Part shown: positions 10,243 through 20,587 of the stretch, piece after piece
How the letters are laid out: each line of letters starts with the position of its first letter
How positions within the stretch are numbered: the stretch's first letter is position 1
Source of the DNA: Alphaproteobacteria bacterium
GTDB lineage: Bacteria > Pseudomonadota > Alphaproteobacteria > SP197
Reading direction: 5' to 3'
DNA length: 64,000 nt
NCBI GenBank assembly: GCA_964291265.2
Contig: OZ219747.1
Location: forward strand, 3,488,001-3,552,000
Program-made: the position numbers and the translations under genes
The notes under the pieces: generated by a model
What the model saw: the letters and a program-made list of their open reading frames with translations, nothing else
What the model was told of the DNA's origin: nothing
Database searches by the model: none

Positions 10243-11604
10243 ATGAACACGCCTATCCATGTCATTGGCGGTGGCCTGGCCGGATGCGAGGCCGCCTGGC
10301 AGGTCGCGCGCGGGGGTGCCAGGGTCGTGCTACACGAGATGCGTCCGCACCGCACCGGCGATGCCCACACGACCGACACGCTTGCCGAACTGGTGTGTTC
10401 CAACTCCTTTCGTTCGGATGATGCCGCAACGAATGCCGTGGGCCTACTTCACGAGGAACTGCGGCACGCCGATTCCGTCATCATGGCGGCCGCCGACCAC
10501 CACAAGGTGCCAGCCGGGAGTGCTCTGGCTGTCGATCGGCATGGATTTTCCCGCGAGGTGGAAAAAGCCATCACGTCCGCGCCGCTCATCGAGGTGCGTC
10601 GCGAAGAGGTCCCTTCCCTGCCCGGGCCGGAGGACTGCCTGGCGATTGTCGCCACAGGTCCTCTCACGGCGCCTGGTCTCGCCGCCGACATCCAGCGTGC
10701 GACCGGCCGGGACGCCCTCGCCTTCTTCGACGCCATCGCTCCGGTGGTCCACCGCGACAGCATCGACTTCGACATCGCCTGGTTCCAGTCCCGCTACGAC
10801 AAGCCGGGACCGGCTGGAGACACCGCCGCCTACATCAACTGTCCCCTCACCCTCGAGGAATACGATTCCTTCATCGACAGGGTGTGTGCGGCAGACCTGA
10901 CACCCTTTCGCGACTGGGAAAGGGAAACGCCGTGGTTCGAGGGGTGTCTCCCCATTGAGGTGCTGGCCCGGCGCGGACGCAACACCCTGCGCTTCGGACC
11001 GATGAAGCCCGTCGGTCTGATCAACCCCACCACCGGGGAGAGACCCTTCGCTGTCGTGCAGCTTCGCCAGGACAACGCCCTTGGAACCCTGTTCAACATG
11101 GTCGGTTTCCAGACCAAGATGCGCCACGGTGATCAGGTCGGGGTCTTCCGCACCATCCCCGGGCTCGGCGATGCCCGCTTCGCACGCCTGGGCGGAGTCC
11201 ATCGAAACACCTTCATCAACAGCCCGCACCTGCTCGATGGCGCGCTGCGACTGCGCCAGCGGCCGCACCTGAGGTTTGCCGGGCAGATCACCGGAGTCGA
11301 GGGCTATGTCGAGAGCACGGCGATCGGTCTTCTTGCCGGCCGCTTTGCGTTGCTGGAGAGCCGTTCGGAGGCCATCGTTCCGCCACCGGCGACGACGGCC
11401 CTCGGCGCCCTCCTCAACCACGTCACCACCGGGGCGGATGCCCGGACTTTCCAGCCGATGAACTGCAATTTCGGCCTCTTCCCCTCCCCGGGACCCGATC
11501 TCGGAAAAGCCGCGCGGCGGTCCGCGATCGTCAGTGCGGCGCGAGCTGACCTGGATGCCTGGCTGGCGGGCGGGTGTAGACATCGGGCAGGCGATGTCAT
11601 ATGA
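10243..11604 (+). CDS. trmFO: Folate/FAD-dependent tRNA m5U54 methyltransferase
   Basis: [48 protein letters not shown]. Confidence 0.95.
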   Translation: MNTPIHVIGGGLAGCEAAWQVARGGARVVLHEMRPHRTGDAHTTDTLAELVCSNSFRSDDAATNAVGLLHEELRHADSVIMAAADHHKVPAGSALAVDRHGFSREVEKAITSAPLIEVRREEVPSLPGPEDCLAIVATGPLTAPGLAADIQRATGRDALAFFDAIAPVVHRDSIDFDIAWFQSRYDKPGPAGDTAAYINCPLTLEEYDSFIDRVCAADLTPFRDWERETPWFEGCLPIEVLARRGRNTLRFGPMKPVGLINPTTGERPFAVVQLRQDNALGTLFNMVGFQTKMRHGDQVGVFRTIPGLGDARFARLGGVHRNTFINSPHLLDGALRLRQRPHLRFAGQITGVEGYVESTAIGLLAGRFALLESRSEAIVPPPATTALGALLNHVTTGADARTFQPMNCNFGLFPSPGPDLGKAARRSAIVSAARADLDAWLAGGCRHRAGDVI

Positions 11605-11679
11605 GTTGCGGACAATGTGGCGGTCCTTCGATGTTGACTGCCACCTGGTGTCGAGGCCTGACCGAGATGGAGGAAGCAC

Positions 11680-11769
11680 ATGGCAAAGATACTTGAATCA
11701 CTCTCGTCCACAATCATCGCCGGATGTGTGCTGACGGTCGTCGTCGCCATCATCCTGGTCGCGATCTGA
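11680..11769 (+). CDS. 29-aa hydrophobic small protein (not in the ORF track)
   Basis: GGAGG RBS before the ATG; MAKILESLSSTIIAGCVLTVVVAIILVAI. Confidence 0.6.
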   Translation: MAKILESLSSTIIAGCVLTVVVAIILVAI

Positions 11770-11794
11770 TTGCGTCGCGAGGGAGGATCATCTC

Positions 11795-12301
11795 ATGGAA
11801 GGACTCGATTTTCTTTCGTTCCTGTTCCGCTGGCTCCACGTGCTTTCCGGCGTGATGTGGATTGGCCTGCTCTGGTACTTCAATTTCGTGCAGATCCCCA
11901 GCATGCCGAAGATCCCTGATGACCAGAAACCGGCGGTCGGCAAGGTCATTGCTCCGACAGCACTGTTCTGGTTCCGTTGGGGCGCCATGGCAACGATCGT
12001 GACAGGTCTCATCCTGGCGATGCTGAACGGCTACTTCATCGAGGCGATCGCCATTGGCTTCACGGACGACGGCGCCAGCACCGCAATCGGCATCGGCATG
12101 TGGCTGGGCGCCATCATGTGGTTCAACGTCTGGTTCGTCATCTGGCCGAATCAGAAGCGAGCGCTGGGCCTTGTCGATGCGGACGCCGATGCCAAGAAAG
12201 CCTCGGCACGTACCGCCATGCTGTTTTCGCGCACCAACACCATGCTGTCGCTCCCCATGCTGTTCTGCATGGTATCGGCACAGAACCCCTGGTATTTCTG
12301 A
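11795..12301 (+). CDS. PuuD-like urate hydroxylase N-terminal membrane domain protein, without the cytochrome c domain
   Basis: RWLHVLSGVMWIGLLWYFNFVQ, WFRWGAM, NVWFVIWPNQKR, SRTNT. Confidence 0.8.
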   Translation: MEGLDFLSFLFRWLHVLSGVMWIGLLWYFNFVQIPSMPKIPDDQKPAVGKVIAPTALFWFRWGAMATIVTGLILAMLNGYFIEAIAIGFTDDGASTAIGIGMWLGAIMWFNVWFVIWPNQKRALGLVDADADAKKASARTAMLFSRTNTMLSLPMLFCMVSAQNPWYF

Positions 12302-12314
12302 CGAGCCTTCAAGG

Positions 12315-12342
12315 GAGGGGAAGCGCCCTGACGTTTCCCCTC
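12315..12342. terminator. Hairpin between convergent genes
   Basis: GAGGGGAAGCG/CGTTTCCCCTC stem. Confidence 0.4.
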
Positions 12343-12353
12343 GTGGCCGTCTC

Positions 12354-12722
12354 TCAGACGGCCACGAGGGCGGCTGCGATGAGGCGTTCCTCGGCCATCA
12401 GAATGTTGTAGGTGCGGCAGGCCGCACCTGTCGTCATGGCATCCACGACAATACCGTGCGGGCGCAGGAATTCACGCACGTCCCGTGGCGGTACGCCGGA
12501 TGCGTCCCCGCAGCCAAGCAGAAGAAGCTCGACACGTTGGGATCGCGCCACGACCTCCGCCAGGGACATCGGCGTCACGTCCGGCATGGCGACCACCGGC
12601 CAAGCCATCACCGCATCGGGAAAGACGAGAAGGGAGCCCTCGCGGCGCCGGTCGCCGATACGGAACCCACCGTTGCCGTAGCCGGTGATGACATGGCGAG
12701 TCGCCGCGGACACTCCTGTCAT
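12354..12722 (-). CDS. Mth938-like (NDUFAF3 family) protein
   Basis: ITGYGNGGF, ELLLLGCG, MTTGAACRTYNILMAEER; follows secF as is typical. Confidence 0.88.
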   Translation of the reverse strand: MTGVSAATRHVITGYGNGGFRIGDRRREGSLLVFPDAVMAWPVVAMPDVTPMSLAEVVARSQRVELLLLGCGDASGVPPRDVREFLRPHGIVVDAMTTGAACRTYNILMAEERLIAAALVAV

Positions 12723-12744
12723 CACTGCACCGAACGCCGCGACA

Positions 12745-13680
12745 TCAGGGAGTGCTCGTGGATCCTTCCCCATCCTCGCTCACGCGAACCGGCCTGAGAT
12801 ACAGCAGGACCGGGGCGGCGACAAACAGGGACGAGTAGGTGCCGATGAGAACCCCCCAGATCATGGCCAGCACAAAGGGAGCGATCACCGCACCGCCGAA
12901 CAGCCACAGGGCGGCGAGGGCCAGCATCGTGGTGACGCTGGTCATGACCGTGCGTGACAGCGTGTCGTTGAGCGAGCGGTCGATGACACCGCGCACCGGT
13001 TCCTGCTTGTACTTGCGGAGATTCTCGCGGATGCGGTCATAGACGACGACCGTGTCGTTCATCGAATAGCCAACGATGGTCAGGAGCGCGGCAACGACCG
13101 GCAGATCGAACTCGATGCGGGTCAGGCTGAACACTCCGATGGTAAGACCGACGTCATGAGCGAGCGCCAGCACGGCGCCGACGCCGAACTGCCACTCGAA
13201 CCGGAACCAGATGTAGATCATCATGAGGGCAAGGGCGACCACGACGGCCTGCGCTCCCTTCTCGATGAGTTCTCCGGAGACCTGCGGACCCACGAACTCG
13301 ACGCGCCGGTACTCGATGTCCGGATACATGTCGTTGAGTGTCGTCTGGATCCGGTCGATGGCTGCCTGCTGAACGGATTCATCGCCAACCAGCAACGGCA
13401 GGCGGATCAGCACGTCGCTGGCTGAACCGAATTCCTGCAGTGCGACACTGCCGATGTCGAGTGCGTTGAGTTCGCTTCTCACGAGAGCAAGATCGGCGAC
13501 CTGCGGCGTGCGAATCTCGATCAGGGTGCCGCCCCTGAAATCAATGCCGAAGTTCAGCCCGGAAAGAACCAGCAGGGCGATCGAGGCGACGAAGAGAATC
13601 ACGGACAGGGTCACCGCGACGCGGTGATAGTCCATGAACGGCAGATGCAGACCGGCCGGGACAAGACGAAGCCGTTTCAT
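12745..13680 (-). CDS. secF: Protein translocase subunit SecF
   Basis: NFGIDFRGGT, GYSMNDTVVVYDRIREN, TLSRT. Confidence 0.95.
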   Translation of the reverse strand: MKRLRLVPAGLHLPFMDYHRVAVTLSVILFVASIALLVLSGLNFGIDFRGGTLIEIRTPQVADLALVRSELNALDIGSVALQEFGSASDVLIRLPLLVGDESVQQAAIDRIQTTLNDMYPDIEYRRVEFVGPQVSGELIEKGAQAVVVALALMMIYIWFRFEWQFGVGAVLALAHDVGLTIGVFSLTRIEFDLPVVAALLTIVGYSMNDTVVVYDRIRENLRKYKQEPVRGVIDRSLNDTLSRTVMTSVTTMLALAALWLFGGAVIAPFVLAMIWGVLIGTYSSLFVAAPVLLYLRPVRVSEDGEGSTSTP

Positions 13681-13683
13681 CGG

Positions 13684-15246
13684 TCAGATTCCCAGGGCCT
13701 TGGGCCTCAACCGGGCCAGCCAGAGGTGAGTGAGAAGGCGGGTCAGCAACATGGCCGTGAACATCGACGTCAGAATGCCGATGGCGAGCGTCGCGCCAAA
13801 CCCCCTGACCGGCCCGGAGCCAAGGAAGAACAGCAGGAATGCCGCCACCGCGGTGGTGATGTTGGCATCGAGAATGGTCGTCATGGCTCTCCTGAAACCC
13901 GTCTCGACGGCGTTGAGAATGGTGCGTCCGTGGCGCAGTTCCTCGCGGATGCGCTCGAAGATCAGCACGTTCGCATCAACCGCCATGCCAACCGTGAGAA
14001 CAATGCCGGCGATTCCGGGGAGGGTAAGTGTCGCCTGCAACAGCGACAACAGACCCATGAGGAGAATGAGATTGGTGATGAGTGCGACGTTGGCGAAGGC
14101 CCCCAGGGTTCCGTAACAGGCGATCATGAAGACGATGACGGCAGCGAAGCTGACCGCCGCCGCTGCCTTGCCGGCTTCGATTGAATCCGCGCCCAGGGTA
14201 GGACCAACGGTGCGCTCCTCAACGACGGTGAGAGGAACGGGCAGTGCGCCGGCCCGCAGCAACAACGCCAGCTCCTGCGTCTCCAACACCGTGAAGGAAC
14301 CCGTGATGATGCCGCTTCCCTGGCAGATCGGCCCATTGATGCGCGGAGCACTGATCACGACCCCGTCAAGAACGATGGCGAGCAGACGCCCGACACTCTC
14401 CGTCGTCACGTCGCAGAACCGTGCGGCGCCCACACCGTCGAAGCTGAAGGCAACAACCGGTCGACCTTGATCGAAACTCGCCGCGGCACTCTCCAGACTT
14501 TCGCCGGTCACAAGAATCTCCGCCCGCAGGACGTGGTTCTGTCCGGGCTGTTCACGCCCGGGCATGAGCACCGAGCCGACCGGGAGCTGCCCGGCTTCGG
14601 CGGCGGCCACGGAAGTATCCTGATCGACGAGATGGAATGTCAGCTTGGCGGTCTGGCCGAGACGCGAGCGCAATATGCGCGTGTCGTCGACCCCCGGCAC
14701 CTGGACGAGAATGCGATCCCGTCCCTGGCGGGTGATCACGGGCTCCAGAACGCCATCGGGATCGATACGCCCGCGCAGCACCTCCAGGGTGCGCTCTATG
14801 GCGTCGCCGAGCCCTGCCTCCAGTCCTTCCTCGGTGAACGCCGCAACAATCGCACCGGTCTCATCGACGGTGATCGTGAAATCCTCGGCCAGACCCTCGA
14901 GTTCCCGGGCAGCCGCAGCCGCATCGTCGGCGTTGCGCAAGGCAAACTGCCGATGATCGTCATCACCGCCGGTGACCCTGACACCGATGCGTTCACCACG
15001 CAGGGTGCGCCGCACGTTGCCCTCGAGCCATGCGAGGCGCCCTTCCCGCCAGGCGGCCTCGTCAATCTGCAGCAGGAGATGCGCTCCGCCGGAAAGATCG
15101 AGCCCGAGACTCACCTGCTTGTGCGGCAGCCACGTTGGCAGGTCGCGCGCCAGGTCACGCGAGAGCAGGTTCGGTGCGGCGAAGACCAGACCCAGAACAC
15201 TGACAAGCACAACGATCCAGATCTTCCAGGTCGGAAAGTAACGCAT
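13684..15246 (-). CDS. secD: Protein translocase subunit SecD
   Basis: LGLDLSGG, GMAVDANVLIFERIREE, DANITT. Confidence 0.95.
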   Translation of the reverse strand: MRYFPTWKIWIVVLVSVLGLVFAAPNLLSRDLARDLPTWLPHKQVSLGLDLSGGAHLLLQIDEAAWREGRLAWLEGNVRRTLRGERIGVRVTGGDDDHRQFALRNADDAAAAARELEGLAEDFTITVDETGAIVAAFTEEGLEAGLGDAIERTLEVLRGRIDPDGVLEPVITRQGRDRILVQVPGVDDTRILRSRLGQTAKLTFHLVDQDTSVAAAEAGQLPVGSVLMPGREQPGQNHVLRAEILVTGESLESAAASFDQGRPVVAFSFDGVGAARFCDVTTESVGRLLAIVLDGVVISAPRINGPICQGSGIITGSFTVLETQELALLLRAGALPVPLTVVEERTVGPTLGADSIEAGKAAAAVSFAAVIVFMIACYGTLGAFANVALITNLILLMGLLSLLQATLTLPGIAGIVLTVGMAVDANVLIFERIREELRHGRTILNAVETGFRRAMTTILDANITTAVAAFLLFFLGSGPVRGFGATLAIGILTSMFTAMLLTRLLTHLWLARLRPKALGI

Positions 15247-15257
15247 GGCCGACTATG

Positions 15258-15626
15258 TCAACCGCCACCGTCGCCGCCTGAACTCCCCTCGTCCGCTCTC
15301 GCGGCCTGGCGCGGTTCCGGCTTCGCCATGACGTCGGCGATCATGGAGTGCCGGCACTTCACCCTGACGTCCTTGGCGATCTCCAGGATGAGGACTCCGT
15401 CTCCCTCGATACGCGCCACGTTTCCGATGATGCCACCGTTCGTGACCACCTGATCACCCCGCTTGATCGAACCAAGCATGGCTTGGTGCTGCTTGGCCTT
15501 CCTTGACTGCGGCCGGAACACGAAAAACCAGAAGACGCCGAACATGGCGACCATGAGAATGAGAAAGAAGGGATCGAACCCGGCGGCACCTGCTTCGCCC
15601 TGTGCATAGGCGTGTGTGATCGGCAT
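15258..15626 (-). CDS. yajC: Preprotein translocase subunit YajC
   Basis: FFVFRPQ..K, GDQVVTNGGIIG; upstream of secD. Confidence 0.92.
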   Translation of the reverse strand: MPITHAYAQGEAGAAGFDPFFLILMVAMFGVFWFFVFRPQSRKAKQHQAMLGSIKRGDQVVTNGGIIGNVARIEGDGVLILEIAKDVRVKCRHSMIADVMAKPEPRQAARADEGSSGGDGGG

Positions 15627-15738
15627 GTCGACATCCTGCGCGAAAGGTGGCGGACTATAGCCGGGGGATGACCGATTGCAAACCACGGGGTACTGTGAAG
15701 CACGATGATGCTGCCCGATTGACCGCCCTGCCCTCTCC

Positions 15739-16611
15739 ATGACGAATCCCGCACTCGCCCGAATCGCCCAGGCGCTAGAACGCATGGCCGGCAACACCAC
15801 ATCGCCGCCCGGCGACAACACCGCTCCGGAGATTCCACGGAGCGGTCAGGCGTTTGTCTGGCACGCGGGGCATGACACCATCAAGGCTGTTGAACGCGTC
15901 CAGTATGTGCCGCTGCATCTTCTGCGCGGCATAGACCGGGCAAGGGACTCCCTGCTCGACAACACCCGCCAGTTTGCCAGAGGCTATCCCGCCAACAATG
16001 CTCTGCTTTGGGGTGCCCGCGGCATGGGAAAGTCGACACTCATCAAGGCCGTTCATGCCGCGGTCCATGCCGAACAGCCGGGTTCCCTGGCGCTGATCGA
16101 GATCCACCGGGAAGACATCACCCATCTCTACCGTCTGCTCTCGCGCATGCGGCAGGCGGAACGGCGCGCCATCCTGATGTGCGACGATCTCTCCTTCGAC
16201 GCCCATGACAGCACGCTCAAGTCGCTCAAGGCCGTACTCGAGGGCGGTCTCGAGGGACGCCCCGACAACGTGCTCTTCTATGCGACGTCCAACCGGCGCC
16301 ACCTGACGCCCCGCGACATCATGGAAAACGAGCGCTCGACCGCTGTCCATCCGGCCGAGGCTGTCGAGGAAAAGGTGTCGCTTTCCGACCGGTTCGGGCT
16401 GTGGCTCGGCTTTCACGGGTGTGACCAGCCGACCTACCTTGCCATGGTCAGGGGCTATGCGGAGCATTTCGGCCTCGACGTGGACGACGATGCGCTCCAT
16501 GCCCGTGCCATCGAGTGGCAGATGACACGTGGTGCGCGGTCGGGCCGTGTCGCCTGGCAGTTCATCCAGGACCTCGCAGGCCGCCTGGAAAGGACACTCG
16601 AGGCCTGCTGA
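15739..16611 (+). CDS. DUF815 family AAA+ ATPase
   Basis: LLWGARGMGKS, CDDLSF, YATSNRRHL, SLSDRFGLWLGF. Confidence 0.9.
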   Translation: MTNPALARIAQALERMAGNTTSPPGDNTAPEIPRSGQAFVWHAGHDTIKAVERVQYVPLHLLRGIDRARDSLLDNTRQFARGYPANNALLWGARGMGKSTLIKAVHAAVHAEQPGSLALIEIHREDITHLYRLLSRMRQAERRAILMCDDLSFDAHDSTLKSLKAVLEGGLEGRPDNVLFYATSNRRHLTPRDIMENERSTAVHPAEAVEEKVSLSDRFGLWLGFHGCDQPTYLAMVRGYAEHFGLDVDDDALHARAIEWQMTRGARSGRVAWQFIQDLAGRLERTLEAC

Positions 16612-16616
16612 AGGGA

Positions 16617-17648
16617 TCAGCCCTCGACGAGGTGTTCCACCGGATTGACCGCCGTGGTTCCCTGGCGAAGTTCGAAGTGGGACTGCGGCTGGGAAATGCC
16701 GCCACTGGCACCGACACTGGCGATGACATCGCCGCGCAGGACCATCTGGCCCCTGGCGACGAGATTGCGCGCGTTGTGGGCGTAGGCCGTGACCCAGCCA
16801 TCCGTATGGCGCAACAGCACGAGGTTGCCGTAACCCCGGATCTCGTTGCCGACGTAGGAGACGACGCCGTCCTCCGCGGCGCGCACCGGAGTTCCGGCCG
16901 GTGCAGCGATGTTGATGCCGTCGTTGTGCAGACCGCCGGCCTTCGGGCCGAAACCCGATACCACAGGTCCTGTGACCGGCCAGATGAACTGCAGGTCACC
17001 TCCGGGCGCCGGTTCCGGAATGGCTGTCGTCACCGGTTCGGGAATGGTTGCCGTCGCCGGTTCGGGAGTGACCGTCGGCGGAGGCTCGGGAGCGGGCACG
17101 TCAGCGGCGGCCACCCGATGCGAGGTGGCGACTGCCTGCGGCACCGTCAGTTGCTGGCCTTCCACGAGCAGATAGGGTTTGACCAGACCGTTGATCTCGG
17201 CGAGTTCGCGTGAATGCACGCCGAGGTGGCGAGAAATGCCGAACAACGTGTCACCGCGTCGTACGTTGTAGATGGTCACCGGACCCGTATCCGAAGGCAC
17301 GGTCTCCAGGATCATCGACTCGCGGGGCGGCGCATCGACCCCGTCGGCACTGAGAATGCGTTCAATGCGCGCCAACAGATCCCCGGTTGCCTGTTCTTCC
17401 GGCTCCGCCACGGGCTGCGGCGGCGCGCCGGGCACCGCCGGTGGCACGGGCTTCACGCCAGGCAAGGGCGGCAGGGCTGCCAGTCGACCGGCGGGGGGAG
17501 TTCCCGGCAACGGCGGCATGGCCTGTTCAATGTAGCGGACCGGCGCCGGCATCTGAGCGCAGGACGCCACCATGGCGGCGACACAAAGGAGCGCCAGGAA
17601 CGCCGCCACCGGCCCGTCACTCCTCGACGAGAGGAACAAACCTGACAT
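16617..17648 (-). CDS. nlpD: LysM/M23 peptidase family lipoprotein (NlpD-like)
   Basis: Lipobox VASC, LysM YNVRRGDTLFGIS, M23 HNDGINI...AYAH...HFELR; start uncertain. Confidence 0.8.
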   Translation of the reverse strand: MSGLFLSSRSDGPVAAFLALLCVAAMVASCAQMPAPVRYIEQAMPPLPGTPPAGRLAALPPLPGVKPVPPAVPGAPPQPVAEPEEQATGDLLARIERILSADGVDAPPRESMILETVPSDTGPVTIYNVRRGDTLFGISRHLGVHSRELAEINGLVKPYLLVEGQQLTVPQAVATSHRVAAADVPAPEPPPTVTPEPATATIPEPVTTAIPEPAPGGDLQFIWPVTGPVVSGFGPKAGGLHNDGINIAAPAGTPVRAAEDGVVSYVGNEIRGYGNLVLLRHTDGWVTAYAHNARNLVARGQMVLRGDVIASVGASGGISQPQSHFELRQGTTAVNPVEHLVEG

Positions 17649-18237
17649 CGAGAAAGGGATGACTCTCATGGCCCGAATCGAGGCGTCGCACGTGGTAGAG
17701 TTTCTGGTCGAACACCGTTCCACCAACCGGCACGACCATGACACCACCAGGGACGAGCTGGTCGACCAGAGGCTGCGGCAAGGTGACTGCCGCGGCCGTC
17801 ACCATGACCCTGTCGAAGGGGGCCTCTTCCGGCCAGCCGCGTGAACCGTTTCCCAACCGGCATGTGATGTTGTCGAGGTCGAGTTCGGCAAACCGGGCCA
17901 TCGCCTGGCCCAAGAGCGAGTCGTGGCGCTCAATTGTCCATACATATCCTGCCAGCTGTGCCAGAATCGCCGTCTGATAGCCACTTCCGGTGCCGATTTC
18001 GAGAACCCGCATACCCCGATCGAGATCCAGTCTCTCGGACATCAGGGCCACAACGAGAGGCTGGCTGATCGTCTGCCGGCAGTCGATCGGCAGTGCCACG
18101 TTCTCCCAGGCGTGGGAGATGATGTCATGAGGCACAAAGCGATCCCGGGGCACGCTTGCCATGGCTTCCAGGACCTTGGCTGAACGCACGCCCAGTGTCA
18201 CGAGGTCCTGTATGAGTTCCGGACACGAGGCGGGCAT
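17617..18237 (-). CDS. pcm: Protein-L-isoaspartate O-methyltransferase
   Basis: QTISQP, VLEIGTGSGYQ, APFDRVMVTAA, VRFVPL. Confidence 0.93.
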   Translation of the reverse strand: MPASCPELIQDLVTLGVRSAKVLEAMASVPRDRFVPHDIISHAWENVALPIDCRQTISQPLVVALMSERLDLDRGMRVLEIGTGSGYQTAILAQLAGYVWTIERHDSLLGQAMARFAELDLDNITCRLGNGSRGWPEEAPFDRVMVTAAAVTLPQPLVDQLVPGGVMVVPVGGTVFDQKLYHVRRLDSGHESHPFLDVRFVPLVEE

Positions 18238-18247
18238 CGCCGTGCGG

Positions 18248-19543
18248 TCAGCCGTCGACCGGTACGGTCCCGCCCGGATGCAGGCGCTCCATGCCACCCA
18301 TGTAGGGACGCAGGACCTCGGGTATGGAAACACTTCCGTCCTCGTGCTGGAAGTTTTCCAGGATGGCGACCAATGCCCGGCCGACCGCGACACCTGATCC
18401 ATTGAGTGTGTGGACAAACCGTGTCCTGCGCGTGTCCCTGGCCCGGCAGCGAGCAGCCATCCGCCGCGCCTGGAAGTCGGCGCAGTTCGACAGACTCGAG
18501 ATTTCCCGCCACGTCTTCTGACCCGGCAGCCACACTTCGAGGTCCCATGTGAGGCGGGCTGAGAACCCGATGTCTCCGGCAGCGAGGAGGACGACACGAT
18601 AGGGCAATGCCAGACCCTGCAGGATGGATTCCGCACAGGACGCCATGCGGCGGTGCTCCTGTGCTGAGTCCTCGGGCGTGGTCACCGAGACCAGTTCCAC
18701 CTTCCAGAACTGATGCTGACGCAGCATGCCCCTGGTATCGCGCCCCGCCGCTCCCGCCTCTGAGCGGAAACACGGAGTGAGTGCGGTGTAGCGCAAGGGG
18801 AGCGCGTTCTCGTCCACGATCGTTTCGCGGACCAGGTTCGTGAGTGTCATTTCCGCGGTGGGAATGAGATACCGGTTGTCGGTGGTACGGAAGAGATCAT
18901 CGGCAAACTTGGGAAGGTTGCCGGTGCCGTAGGCGGTCTCGGGACGCACCAGCAGGGGCGCGGAGACCTCGACATAGCCGAACTCCTGAGTGTGCACATC
19001 CATCATGAAGGAGGCCAGCGCCCGTTCAAGGCGGGCCAGAGCACCGGAAAGGACCACGAAACGCGCGCCGGTGAGACGCGCCGCGCTGTCAAAGTCCATA
19101 CCGCCCAGAATGGCGCCCAGATCCACGTGGTCCCTCGGTTCGAAGGCGAAGTCGGGAATGTTCCCCCAGCGGCGCATCTCGACATTGTCCGTCTCGTCGT
19201 CGCCTTCGGGGACGGTATCGTCAACGACATTGGGGATGGCCTCGAGCACGGCGCGGAGCTGTGCGGCATCCTCTCGTTCGACCGCCTCCAGGGTCGCGAT
19301 CTGCCGCTTGATGCTGCCGACTTCCGCGATCTCTGCCGCCGCATCCCGACCGCCACGCTTCGCCTCGCTGATCAGGCGTGTGAGTTCGTTGCGCCTCTGC
19401 TGCAGCTCCTGGACGGCAGTCCGGGAGCCTCGCACCTTGCGGTCCATGTCGAGTATCAGCGAGGCCCGAGGCAACAAGCCACGACGGGCGCTGGCGACGT
19501 CGAAGTCTTCGGGGTGGGCGCGAATCCACTGAAGATCATGCAT
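18248..19543 (-). CDS. serS: Serine--tRNA ligase
   Basis: LIPTAEM, CFRSEAG, RQHQFWKVE, HTLNGSGVAVGR. Confidence 0.97.
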   Translation of the reverse strand: MHDLQWIRAHPEDFDVASARRGLLPRASLILDMDRKVRGSRTAVQELQQRRNELTRLISEAKRGGRDAAAEIAEVGSIKRQIATLEAVEREDAAQLRAVLEAIPNVVDDTVPEGDDETDNVEMRRWGNIPDFAFEPRDHVDLGAILGGMDFDSAARLTGARFVVLSGALARLERALASFMMDVHTQEFGYVEVSAPLLVRPETAYGTGNLPKFADDLFRTTDNRYLIPTAEMTLTNLVRETIVDENALPLRYTALTPCFRSEAGAAGRDTRGMLRQHQFWKVELVSVTTPEDSAQEHRRMASCAESILQGLALPYRVVLLAAGDIGFSARLTWDLEVWLPGQKTWREISSLSNCADFQARRMAARCRARDTRRTRFVHTLNGSGVAVGRALVAILENFQHEDGSVSIPEVLRPYMGGMERLHPGGTVPVDG

Positions 19544-19575
19544 GCCGGTCTACCTTGCCATGCGTGCCGGGACGC

Positions 19576-20580
19576 TCAGCGTGCCGGGTTGAAATCCGTT
19601 TCCTCGTAAGCCTGGGGGTCGTCCACCTCTTCAATCTCTTCCTCTTCGTCGTCGTCCTCAAGCTTCGCCTTGCGCCGCTCGGTGAGGCGTGCGCACCAGA
19701 TCGATACTTCATAGAGCAGGATCAGGGGCAAGGCGAGGCCAAGCTGGCTGAAGGGATCGGGCGGCGTGATCACGGCCGCCAGCACGAAAACGGCGACGAT
19801 GGCGTACTTTCTCTTCTCCTTGAGCCCCTCGGCCGTCACCATACCGGTCCGCGCCGCCAGGGTCATCACCAAGGGCAACTGGAAACTGATGCCGAAAGCG
19901 AAGAGGAGCTTGAGGAGCAGCGAAAAATACTCGCTCACCCGCACTTCCATGACAATGGGCAGCTGCCCGAAGTCTCCGGTCTGCTGAAAGCCGAGAAAGA
20001 ACCTCAGGGCAACGGGAAAGAAGGCGTAGTAGACCATCGCCGCGCCGAGCGTGAAGAGCAGTGGAAACACCAGCATGAAGGGCAGGACCAGCTTCTTCTC
20101 CCGGCGATAGAGGCCGGGCGCCACGAACGCCCAGAGCTGCCAGGCCAGGAACGGCAGCGAGACGCACAGGGACACGAAGAATCCGACCTTCACATAGGTC
20201 AGGAAGGCTTCCTGGGGACTCGTGAAGATGAATCGCGGCGGGTACTCGGAATCGCTGCTGCGATCGATGGTCGCGCCCTCGGTGACGCCTGCCGGCTTTT
20301 GAGGTCGAGCGTCCTCGGCCGGTGACGGGGAGAACAGCAACCAGGCGTCATTCAGGGTACGCTCGATCCACGTCTCCTCGCCTTCCGCCGGCTCCTCCAC
20401 TGGCGACAGTCCATAGGCATCGTAGAGCGGCAGAGCGAGGAAGTTGTAGATCGCCGGCGCAAAGTAGAAGCAAGGCAGGAAGGCAAGCAGGACCACCGCC
20501 GCGCTGCGCACGAGGCGCCGACGCAATTCGACGAGATGCTCCAGCAACGGAAGCTTGGTGTTGTCGATGTCCTTGATCAA
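19576..20580 (-). CDS. tatC: Twin-arginine translocase subunit TatC
   Basis: EHLVELRRRL, FVAPGLY..E, ITPPD; probable TTG start at 20580. Confidence 0.93.
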   Translation of the reverse strand: MIKDIDNTKLPLLEHLVELRRRLVRSAAVVLLAFLPCFYFAPAIYNFLALPLYDAYGLSPVEEPAEGEETWIERTLNDAWLLFSPSPAEDARPQKPAGVTEGATIDRSSDSEYPPRFIFTSPQEAFLTYVKVGFFVSLCVSLPFLAWQLWAFVAPGLYRREKKLVLPFMLVFPLLFTLGAAMVYYAFFPVALRFFLGFQQTGDFGQLPIVMEVRVSEYFSLLLKLLFAFGISFQLPLVMTLAARTGMVTAEGLKEKRKYAIVAVFVLAAVITPPDPFSQLGLALPLILLYEVSIWCARLTERRKAKLEDDDEEEEIEEVDDPQAYEETDFNPAR

Positions 20581-20587
20581 GGGCGTT

